The notes under the pieces were generated by a model. That model worked only from the letters and a program-made list of their open reading frames with translations, did no database searches and had not been told where the DNA came from. Shown here piece by piece: positions 40,892 to 48,747 of a stretch of 51,869 bases of DNA. Source of the stretch: Paludibacter propionicigenes (GTDB taxonomy: Bacteria; Bacteroidota; Bacteroidia; Bacteroidales; JAIFNL01); assembly GCA_020721325.1 (NCBI GenBank), contig DYNA01000007.1, forward strand, positions 1 through 51,869. Direction: 5' to 3'. Position 1 is the stretch's first letter, and the number at the start of each line of letters is the position of its first letter. The position numbers and the translations under genes were made by a program.

Positions 40892-42922
40892 ATGGATAGA
40901 TTCCAAAAAAAATACATAGAAGAGGCAAATGATTTGATAATTTCATTGGAAACTGCTTTGCTTTTAATTGAAAAAGACAAAGTAAATCAGGAACTTAACG
41001 AAGAGGTTTTTAGAATTATGCACTCTTTGAAAGGAGGAAGCAGTATGTTTGGTTTTGATAAAATCAGCGAGCTTACTCACCATTTGGAATCTGCTTACGA
41101 CATTGTGCGGTCATCAAAAATTTCGGTTACCGAAGAACTTTTAGATATTTCGTTTTTAGCCGTTGACCAACTGAAATTGTTAATTGTTGAAAACCCAAAT
41201 TTGAATGCGCAAACCATTGAAAAGCAAAGCAACTTACTTCATAAAATTCAAAATGTTTTAGAAAATTTAGAGGCAAAACACGATATAAAAAACAACCAAT
41301 TTATTGAAAATTTAAAGAGTAATAGCGACCGTTTTTACACTTTTTTTGTAAAATTTAAGCCCAATGCCGATGTTTTTGACAACGGCAGCAATCCTTTGTA
41401 TATTCTTGACGAATTGTTGAGCGAAAATATTTGCAAAGTATTTGTAAATGACAGCGATATACCCGAAATAGAGGATTTTGATATTGCAAAAAATTATACT
41501 TCTTGGACAATAATAGTTGCCGGAAAATTATCTCAAACCGACATTCAAAATATTTTTATTTTCATTGAAGACGAATCGGAAGTTTCAATTACTCAAATAG
41601 CTGAAGAAAATCTTTTTAAAAATTCGGAATTTATAAAAATAATCGAGCAATCTGTTTTAAATCAAGAGGCTATATTCAATTTTAGCAGTCAAGGCAAACA
41701 AGAAGTGGTCTTAAAAGAAATGGAAGTGGGTAAACAGCTCAAAACCAGAATAAATGAAACGGTCATTTCGAGTGTAAGAGTGGATTCTGCAAAATTAGAT
41801 GCTTTGTTAAATATTGTAAGTGAGATAGTTACCAATCAAGCTCGATTGAATTTATTAATAGAAGAGAACACAAAGAATACGGCATTAATTAATATAACCG
41901 AAGATTTTAACAAGCTTTCTCGGCAATTGCGCGATATTGCATTCGACATTTCGCTTGTGCCTTTAGAAAGCATCATTGTTCGGTTCAAACGCTTGGTGCG
42001 CGATTTGGCAAATGAACAAAACAAGCAAATCGATTTTTTAACTGAAGGTATTGAAACTGAATTAGATAAAACGATAATAGAGCATCTGGTTGCGCCCATC
42101 ATGCACACCATTCGCAACAGCATAGACCACGGAATTGAACCCAAAAACCAACGATTAGCTCTTGGCAAACCCGAAGTAGGGAAAATAGTGCTAAAGGCTT
42201 ATCATTCAGGTCCCAATGTGGTGGTTCAAATTTACGACGACGGGCGGGGAATAGACCCGGAAGTTATTCAAAAGAAAGCCATCGAAAAAGGATTTATTCC
42301 GGCTTCCGCCAAATTAAGCGACAAAGAAATTGTAAATCTGATATTTAAAGCCGGATTTACAACAGCCTCGCAAGTTACCGATATTTCGGGTAGAGGCGTT
42401 GGAATGGACGTTGTAAAGCGAAAAATAGACGAGATACGCGGCGAAGTGGAAATCGATTCGATAGTAGGCGAAGGCACTACCATTACCATAAAATTACCGC
42501 TTACTTTGTCCATAATCGACGGACTTTTAATAGAAATCAATCAAACAAAATACATTTTGCCTTTGCCCGATGTTCGCAAAATATTTGAAATAGAGCATTC
42601 TAAAATAGTAAATAATTTCATGGGCTTGGTGGTTCACAAAGACCAGCAATATCCTTACATTTATTTGCGCGATGAATTTGAAATTTACACTCCTTCGCCT
42701 CAACTCGAAAGAGCCATAATCGTAAATTACGAAAATAAAAACGTTTGCATTATAGTAGATGATGTTTTAGGTGAATATCAAGCAGTTCTAAAACCTTTGG
42801 GCTATTATTTTCGCAAACAAGAGTTTATTTCAGGTGCTTCAATCTTTGGAGATGGAACGGTTGCCTTGGTTTTAGATACAAATAAAATAATAAAACTTTT
42901 TGCAAAAAAGCAAACTATTTAA
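40892..42922 (+). CDS. cheA: Chemotaxis histidine kinase CheA
   Basis: Hpt FRIMHSLKG, HTIRNSIDHGIE, DDGRG, SGRGVGMDVV, LPLTLSI plus CheW-like P5. Confidence 0.97.
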   Translation: MDRFQKKYIEEANDLIISLETALLLIEKDKVNQELNEEVFRIMHSLKGGSSMFGFDKISELTHHLESAYDIVRSSKISVTEELLDISFLAVDQLKLLIVENPNLNAQTIEKQSNLLHKIQNVLENLEAKHDIKNNQFIENLKSNSDRFYTFFVKFKPNADVFDNGSNPLYILDELLSENICKVFVNDSDIPEIEDFDIAKNYTSWTIIVAGKLSQTDIQNIFIFIEDESEVSITQIAEENLFKNSEFIKIIEQSVLNQEAIFNFSSQGKQEVVLKEMEVGKQLKTRINETVISSVRVDSAKLDALLNIVSEIVTNQARLNLLIEENTKNTALINITEDFNKLSRQLRDIAFDISLVPLESIIVRFKRLVRDLANEQNKQIDFLTEGIETELDKTIIEHLVAPIMHTIRNSIDHGIEPKNQRLALGKPEVGKIVLKAYHSGPNVVVQIYDDGRGIDPEVIQKKAIEKGFIPASAKLSDKEIVNLIFKAGFTTASQVTDISGRGVGMDVVKRKIDEIRGEVEIDSIVGEGTTITIKLPLTLSIIDGLLIEINQTKYILPLPDVRKIFEIEHSKIVNNFMGLVVHKDQQYPYIYLRDEFEIYTPSPQLERAIIVNYENKNVCIIVDDVLGEYQAVLKPLGYYFRKQEFISGASIFGDGTVALVLDTNKIIKLFAKKQTI

Positions 42923-42958
42923 TATAATTTTTTTGTAAAAAAATAAAAAAAAACATCA

Positions 42959-43480
42959 ATGGAAACAAAATTCAATTCTGATAATAAAAATTTAAGTTCA
43001 TACTTATCGTTCAAACTCGATTCTGAGTTTTTTGCTGTAAACGTGCATCAAGTGATTAATATTTTGGAGCTTACAAAAATTACGGAAGTTCCGAAAGCTC
43101 CTTTTTATATGAAAGGTGTGATTAACTTGCGAGGAAAAGTACTTCCGGTAATTGATACGCGACTTAAATTTGGTATGGAAGCTATTGTTTTTACCAAAAA
43201 TACGTGCATTGTAGTTATGGAAATTAATATCAATGGCGAGCGCGTGGAGTTAGGGGCATTGGTTGATACGGTTTTGGAAGTGATAGAAGTTGATAATGAG
43301 AATATTACCTTGCCTCCAAGTTTGGGTAGTAAATACAAATCGGAATTTATAACCGGTATGCTTCATCAAAACGACGAATTTATTATGATGCTCGATATTG
43401 ATAAGGTTTTTTCGAGCGATGATATTATCGAATTTAAAGAATCTGCCGAAGAACCGGAAAAAATATCTCTTCAAGAATAA
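42959..43480 (+). CDS. cheW: Chemotaxis coupling protein CheW
   Basis: YLSFKL, GVINLRGKVLPVID, LVDTV. Confidence 0.95.
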   Translation: METKFNSDNKNLSSYLSFKLDSEFFAVNVHQVINILELTKITEVPKAPFYMKGVINLRGKVLPVIDTRLKFGMEAIVFTKNTCIVVMEININGERVELGALVDTVLEVIEVDNENITLPPSLGSKYKSEFITGMLHQNDEFIMMLDIDKVFSSDDIIEFKESAEEPEKISLQE

Positions 43481-43712
43481 AAAAAAGTTAAATAGACTGC
43501 AAACAGTAACTTTGCCAAAGGTTTAAACTGTTTGTTTATTTTGCGCGAAAAATAAATTTTACTTTTCCCGCTTGTTTTATTCATTTTAAAATAAGGGAAT
43601 AAGGTTTTGTGGCAAGCAATTAGGCAAAAATATTATTTTTTACTCAATGCTTAATTGCTAAAGCCGAAAATAATTGGGTATATAGCATTCCTATTTCATT
43701 TGTAAAATTTGT

Positions 43713-43977
43713 TGACCACTAATTCACGAATTAGAACGAATTAAATTAGTTTAAAATTAGTGAATTGGTGGTCATATTATTCTTTTTTTATTTTCACGCA
43801 AAGACGCAAAGACGCAAAGATTTTTTTTAATGGGAACACAGATTACACGGATTGGACTGATTTACACGGATTTTTTTTGACCACTAATTCACTAATTTTA
43901 TACGAATTAATTCGTTTTAAATTCGTGCATTCGTGGTCATATTATTCTTTTTTTTGTTTACCACGAATGCACGAATT
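43713..43977. repeat. Cluster of short palindromic and octamer repeats
   Basis: Two 62-bp imperfect palindromes TGACCACTAATTCAC...GTGGTCA (43713-43774, 43878-43939), plus (ACGCAAAG)x3, CAC(A/G)GATT repeats and CACGAATGCACGAAT. Confidence 0.75.
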
Positions 43978-44056
43978 TTTTTTTTTGTTTTTATTTTTAT
44001 TTGAAATTGTTTTTTATATTTGTGTTTTTACTTTTGAAATAAAAGGTGTGGTTTTT

Positions 44057-44179
44057 GTTCCAATAACCACCACTCTAATTTTAATAAAATATTTATTTGC
44101 AATGTTTTATAAAAACAGAAAGTAAGTATAAAAAAGTAATAACCACCAGTGTAGTGGTGGTTATTGAAACGTTAGATGC
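44057..44179 (+). mobile_element. Proximal recombination-site-like element ending in a GTTRRRY core (attI-like or truncated attC)
   Basis: CAATAACCACCACT (44061-74) and AGTGGTGGTTATTG (44153-66) inverted arms, then AAAC-GTTAGAT; no left ..AAC core. Confidence 0.45.
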
Positions 44180-44342
44180 AATTCATTGATTTTTAACGTT
44201 ATAATTATGTAACTTTGTTAAAAATGCGCTTTAAAATTTATTTTCAAAAGAATTTTGAACAAAGTTACAGAAAAAAAATGAAAAAAACAACACAAATTGG
44301 GAATTTAGTGCAATTTTTTTTTTATGAAAAAATAAATAAACA

Positions 44343-44441
44343 GCATCTAACATGTGCTTGAGCGTCATTGTTTTGGGAAGTTCGCTTCGCTCCCTACGCA
44401 AACCCCCAAAACAACGCCGCCAAGCACTTCACGTTGTGTGC
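44343..44441 (+). mobile_element. attC-like site 1
   Basis: GCATCTAAC...GTTGTGTGC; stems GTGCTTG/CAAGCAC and TTGTTTTGGG/CCCAAAACAA with one bulged A. Confidence 0.7.
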
Positions 44442-44493
44442 AATTTCCCATAACGATAAAAACAGATAGAAAACAAATTAAAACTAATTTTTG

Positions 44494-44501
44494 TATCTTT
44501 G
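44494..44501 (+). promoter_or_regulatory. Bacteroidota -7 box directly before the REase ATG (possibly leaderless mRNA)
   Basis: TATCTTTG followed 4 nt later by ATG at 44506. Confidence 0.55.
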
Positions 44502-44505
44502 CATT

Positions 44506-45372
44506 ATGATAAATAAAGATAATATAAAACAAGTGTTTCAGGAACAATTAGATGTTTTTGCAAAAACATTAAAAGAATATGTTTCTGATGAAGAAAATCA
44601 ATGGACGATTAAAGGTTTTATTGATTTATTTCAAAACATTTATTCAATATCGGCAGATACAAAAATAGTTTCAAAAGTATTGGAAATACATTTGTTTCCT
44701 CGATTTTTAGAATTTGCTCAAAACAATGGTTACGAGTTGATACTTGCAGAACATCAAAATTGGTATCCTGACATTTCATTTGTTTCTAAAACGGACAAAA
44801 ACATAAAATTTGCAGTTGATTTAAAGACAACATACATTTTGAATGATTATCCAGACCATTGCAATGGTTTTACACTTGGTTCTCATGGTGCCTATTTTAT
44901 CGAGCGTGATAAATCTAAAAATATTCAATTTCCATACAATGAATATTTAGGACACTATTGTTTAGGAATTATTTACAATAGAACAGAATTAGACAAACTT
45001 GAAGAAACAAAAATTTATAAACTTGATGATATTAAGAGTATTCCATCTGTAATTAATAATTTCACCTTTTTTGCCATCGAAAAATGGAAAATCGCAAGTG
45101 ATAAGAGTGGTAGCGGAAATACTGAAAATATAGGAAGTGTTCAAAAAATAAGCGATATTATTGCAGGAAATGGAGTATTTAAAAATCTCGGTGAAGAATG
45201 GTTTGACGATTATTGGATGAATTACGGCAAAATTTATACAAAAGATGCTGCCGGTAAGACAAGAAAAATTACTAATCTTCCTGATTTTCTGAAATACAGG
45301 GGTAAAGATATCAATCTTGCCTATCCGAGAGCAAGAAAACTAAAAGATAAGGGGGACGGATATGAAGACTAA
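44506..45372 (+). CDS. Type II restriction endonuclease, EcoRV family
   Basis: DTKIVS, QNWYPD...AVDLKTTY (PD..D-x-K), FTLG, GSGNTENIGS (EcoRV has GSGNTTNIGS), DYW.NY. Confidence 0.9.
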   Translation: MINKDNIKQVFQEQLDVFAKTLKEYVSDEENQWTIKGFIDLFQNIYSISADTKIVSKVLEIHLFPRFLEFAQNNGYELILAEHQNWYPDISFVSKTDKNIKFAVDLKTTYILNDYPDHCNGFTLGSHGAYFIERDKSKNIQFPYNEYLGHYCLGIIYNRTELDKLEETKIYKLDDIKSIPSVINNFTFFAIEKWKIASDKSGSGNTENIGSVQKISDIIAGNGVFKNLGEEWFDDYWMNYGKIYTKDAAGKTRKITNLPDFLKYRGKDINLAYPRARKLKDKGDGYED

Positions 45373-46300
45373 GATACACGTTCCACCAATAAAAATACAG
45401 GGCATAAAAACAAAACTTATTCCATGGATTGCAGAAAATGTTGAATTACATGAAGATACACGTTGGATAGAACCGTTTCTTGGTTCAGGTGTTGTCGGTT
45501 TTAATATTGCAAAAAAAAATGCACTCTTCGCCGATAGCAACCCACATACTATCAGTTTCTATCAGAAAATAAAATCAGGAGAAATAAATTCATCACTTGT
45601 AAAACAATTTTTATATAGGGAAGGCGAAATTTTATCGAAAAAAGGACAAGAGCATTATAATTTTGTAAGAGAACGATTTAACAATGAACAAAATCCTATT
45701 GATTTTCTATTTCTTAATCGTTCGTGCTTCAACGGAATGATACGGTTTAACCGAAATCTAAAATTTAATGTCCCTTATGGTCATAAACCAGAACGATTTG
45801 CACAGGCGTATATAACTAAAATAGTTAATCAGATTAAGTATCTTGAACATGCCTTTTCCCTGAATAATTGGGAGTTCAAATGTCAGTCATTTGAAGATAC
45901 TCTAAATGAAGTAAAAGAAGATGATTTCATCTACTGTGACCCACCATACATTGGTCGTCATGTTGATTATTACGATAGCTGGGATGAAACAAACGAACTG
46001 AAACTACATGAATTACTCATAAATTCAAGAGCAAAATTTATGCTTTCAACTTGGGATAATAACGAATATCGTGAAAATGAATATTTAAAAAGTGTTTGGA
46101 ATGATTGTTTTAAATTAAATAAAGAACATTTTTATCATATTGGAGCAAAAGAAACTAATAGAAAACCAATGATTGAAGCTCTGATAACAAATTACAAAAA
46201 ATCGACAAAACCCGAAGTTGAAGAAATGCCTGAAAAAAATTATGTTCAAATGGATTTATTTTCAATGATAGAAAAAATAAGCACACAACATGGCACTTAA
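45362..46300 (+). CDS. N6-adenine DNA methyltransferase, Dam/M.EcoRV family
   Basis: VPPIKIQGIKTKL, EPFLGSG, FLFLNRSCFNGMIRFN, RFAQAYITKI and YCDPPYIGRHVDY closely follow M.EcoRV as recalled. Confidence 0.93.
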   Translation: MKTKIHVPPIKIQGIKTKLIPWIAENVELHEDTRWIEPFLGSGVVGFNIAKKNALFADSNPHTISFYQKIKSGEINSSLVKQFLYREGEILSKKGQEHYNFVRERFNNEQNPIDFLFLNRSCFNGMIRFNRNLKFNVPYGHKPERFAQAYITKIVNQIKYLEHAFSLNNWEFKCQSFEDTLNEVKEDDFIYCDPPYIGRHVDYYDSWDETNELKLHELLINSRAKFMLSTWDNNEYRENEYLKSVWNDCFKLNKEHFYHIGAKETNRKPMIEALITNYKKSTKPEVEEMPEKNYVQMDLFSMIEKISTQHGT

Positions 46301-46391
46301 CGTCAGTCGGTTTTGGGGTGTTTTGCCTCGCTACGCTTCGGCTTCGCAAGCCACCCAAAACCGCCGTCGTCAAGCACTTCACGTTGCTCCC
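46281..46391 (+). mobile_element. attC-like site 2
   Basis: GCACACAAC...GTTGCTCCC; stem CGGTTTTGGG/CCCAAAACCG; 16-bp CAAGCACTTCACGTTG identical to site 1; MTase stop lies inside. Confidence 0.7.
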
Positions 46392-46401
46392 CAAAAAAAA
46401 T

Positions 46402-46428
46402 AAAAAAAGTGCCGTAAGGCACTTTTTT
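46402..46428. terminator. AAAAAAGTGCC-GTAA-GGCACTTTTTT palindrome, copy 2
   Basis: Same element as 7336 and 48136. Confidence 0.6.
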
Positions 46429-46532
46429 AATGATTAATGTTTAACGATTAATGATTTTTTGTATTTCGTCGTTAAACTCTTTTAGAGGTTTTAAGAAAGT
46501 TTCGCAGCCTTTCTCAAAAACTTACAGACCAT

Positions 46533-46563
46533 TTTGTATAGTTGTGGGAAAATAGTATTTTTG
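46533..46563 (+). promoter_or_regulatory. Bacteroidota housekeeping promoter
   Basis: TTTG (46533-36)-N19-TATTTTTG (46556-63) matches the -33/-7 consensus. Confidence 0.6.
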
Positions 46564-46692
46564 TAAAAAAAAGTAAGTCAAACAGATGGGTAATTTAACG
46601 CTGAGGAAACTTGCTGGGTATGGTTCTTAGGGGACTAAACTATCTGGTGTGGTAACTGAGAACAAACGAAATAAATAATAAAAATTGAAAAA

Positions 46693-47379
46693 ATGATAGT
46701 TAAACATTATGCGATAAATACAAAAAATCAGGAACTTGTGGAAGGTAAAGAATACTTATATTCTGAATACAATTATCCTTTTAGTTCTACTTTGGCTTAT
46801 TGTGCGATAATTACAATTAAGAATATTATAAACGATGAAACGGGTGTTGGATTTGATGCTATTCCTGTTAGACTGTTTAAAAGTAGTTCAAATGAATTGA
46901 GAGAATTTAAAGCTTTTCAAAATCATTCAGTTTCAGATATGTGGAATATTTCAGATTTGAATACTGATATTGATGTAGATGATTTAGATTTATATTATTT
47001 TGCACCTACCCAAAGTGTTAATATTGAACAAAAGCACTTATTCAAATATTTGCAACCAAATGCAATTGAAAGTGTAGAATATACATACAATTTACGACCA
47101 ATTTTTGAAAAATATAAAGATTTGTTAGATAAATTTGAAATAAAGGAAATCAGTCTTAAAGAATTAACAACAAATGCAGTATTGCAGATTATATTGTTAT
47201 TAAATGAAGCGATACAGTCTAAAGATGATAAATTGATAAAAAAATACACCATTTGGCTAAGATTTGCATTTGTGAAATCAATCGTAACAAAAAATGAATG
47301 GTTCGGTAGATGGTTGGAAAAATATTCTCATGATTACATTAAACCAATATATGAATTAATAAACGTTTTAAAAAAATAG
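46693..47379 (+). CDS. Hypothetical protein
   Basis: 228-aa ORF with upstream promoter, 4 bp from the next gene; no family recognised. Confidence 0.7.
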   Translation: MIVKHYAINTKNQELVEGKEYLYSEYNYPFSSTLAYCAIITIKNIINDETGVGFDAIPVRLFKSSSNELREFKAFQNHSVSDMWNISDLNTDIDVDDLDLYYFAPTQSVNIEQKHLFKYLQPNAIESVEYTYNLRPIFEKYKDLLDKFEIKEISLKELTTNAVLQIILLLNEAIQSKDDKLIKKYTIWLRFAFVKSIVTKNEWFGRWLEKYSHDYIKPIYELINVLKK

Positions 47380-47383
47380 CCAA

Positions 47384-48067
47384 ATGATTGAAAAAATAAT
47401 ATTACCGGCAGTAGTTATTACGGGAATAACCCCAACTGGACAAAGCGATATTCATAAAACGAATATTCAAAATGAAGCAAATTTCTATCAAGAAGTAAAT
47501 TGTTTTACAAAGCAAGAAATTCAAGATATTGTTATATCAATTTGTGTAGATAAACTTGGAATTAATCCTAAACGTATAAATTCCAATAGTGATTTTAGCA
47601 AAGATTTGGGAGCAGACTCGCTTGATGTAGTGGAACTTATTATGGAATTTGAAAAGAAATTCAATATTGCTATTCCTGATGAGAAGGCTGAAAATATGTC
47701 TAAAATTGCAGATGCCGTAAATTATATTTATGAACAATATATAAATGCGGTGTCTTTATTTAGTGAGACTGATTTTTCGGGGAATAAAAAGTGTATAATC
47801 AATAAAACAACCGAATATGAGTATAATTCAAAAAACTATACTCTTGTCGATGGTGGTTTAAGTTCGATTGTTGTTCCATCTGGTTATACAGTAATTCTAT
47901 ACACCGACAAAAATTACGAAGGCGAAACAGTGAGAATAATTGCAACAGATAAAAGAGTTGAAATAAAAAACCTTTCAGAATTAAAAGAACATAAAAGTAT
48001 TGAAATTAGCGACCCCAAAATTAAATGGAACGATAATGTAAAATCAGTAACGATTGAAAAAAATTGA
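47384..48067 (+). CDS. Acyl carrier protein domain fused to a beta/gamma-crystallin-like domain
   Basis: DLGADSLDVVELIMEFEKKFNIAIPD (ACP, Ppant Ser); VSLFSETDFSG / SSIVVPSGYTVILYTDKNYEG / WNDNVKSV Greek-key motifs. Confidence 0.8.
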   Translation: MIEKIILPAVVITGITPTGQSDIHKTNIQNEANFYQEVNCFTKQEIQDIVISICVDKLGINPKRINSNSDFSKDLGADSLDVVELIMEFEKKFNIAIPDEKAENMSKIADAVNYIYEQYINAVSLFSETDFSGNKKCIINKTTEYEYNSKNYTLVDGGLSSIVVPSGYTVILYTDKNYEGETVRIIATDKRVEIKNLSELKEHKSIEISDPKIKWNDNVKSVTIEKN

Positions 48068-48135
48068 ACCGCTAATATCGCATAGAGCGGGCAATGGCTG
48101 GTAGGTAGCTTGCTTTGTTGCCAAAAAAACAAAAC

Positions 48136-48163
48136 AAAAAAAGTGCCTTGCGGCACTTTTTTT
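48136..48163. terminator. AAAAAAGTGCC-TTGC-GGCACTTTTTT palindrome, copy 3
   Basis: Same element as 7336 and 46402. Confidence 0.6.
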
Positions 48164-48401
48164 ATAGTATTTGTTTTAATTTGTTTGAAAACCAAAATGC
48201 TTTTTATTTCGCGGCGTTGCCGCTTTTGTGTTTTGTGTCGTTTTTTGTCCCAGCCCTTGCAGGCTGGGCTAATGTAGTGCGCACCTTTGGTGCTTTTTAA
48301 CGGTGAATGTTTTAACGATGAATGCAAAAAACACGTTTCCATGTTCCTAATCGGAACGTTGGAAAGCGTTTTTTTTAACAATTAACGATGAATGGTATAT
48401 T

Positions 48402-48429
48402 GTAGAGACAACGCATGCGTTGTCTCTAC
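48402..48429. repeat. GTAG-family REP-like perfect palindrome
   Basis: GTAGAGACAACGCA|TGCGTTGTCTCTAC, 28 bp, begins with GTAG. Confidence 0.75.
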
Positions 48430-48706
48430 GGTGTGCGCATTTTTTTCAGCATAGCTGGCGAGGTCCCTCGAAGCGACCCCGCCAGTTGAGCTGATAGACT
48501 CACTTCGTAAAGTAGAATTAATAATAAACTTGTCGCAAATTAATTTTCAATAGTTTACAATAAGTCTAATAGAAAGAGCAAAAGGAGCGGCTTAAAGACC
48601 TCGTTGCTAAACGCAAAGCCCGCCTAATTCCTAAAAACCGAAAACCAATTTCACATTAGTATATCAATTTACTGTATCAAAATTTTTAAATTAAACATAA
48701 AAAACA

Positions 48707-48714
48707 TATTTTTG
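48707..48714 (+). promoter_or_regulatory. Bacteroidota -7 box for pcrA/uvrD
   Basis: TATTTTTG 33 bp before ATG 48748. Confidence 0.55.
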
Positions 48715-48747
48715 CAGCGCGAAAAAAAAGAATTAGAACCCAAACGA

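Noticed and set aside
43481..44170. Integron integrase upstream of the array
   Set aside because: No ORF with tyrosine-recombinase motifs; ORF 43760-44125 is translated repeat and poly-T sequence.
44365..44547. Minus-strand ORFs over the attC-like sites (also 46155-46394 and 47914-48381)
   Set aside because: They read through hairpin elements and overlap real genes on the other strand.
46383..48125. A third complete cassette holding the two downstream ORFs
   Set aside because: No GGGAGCAAC complement of the GTTGCTCCC core was found. Only a weak AAATTGAACCGCTAAT...TGTTGCC remnant lies at 48061-48122, without a convincing stem.
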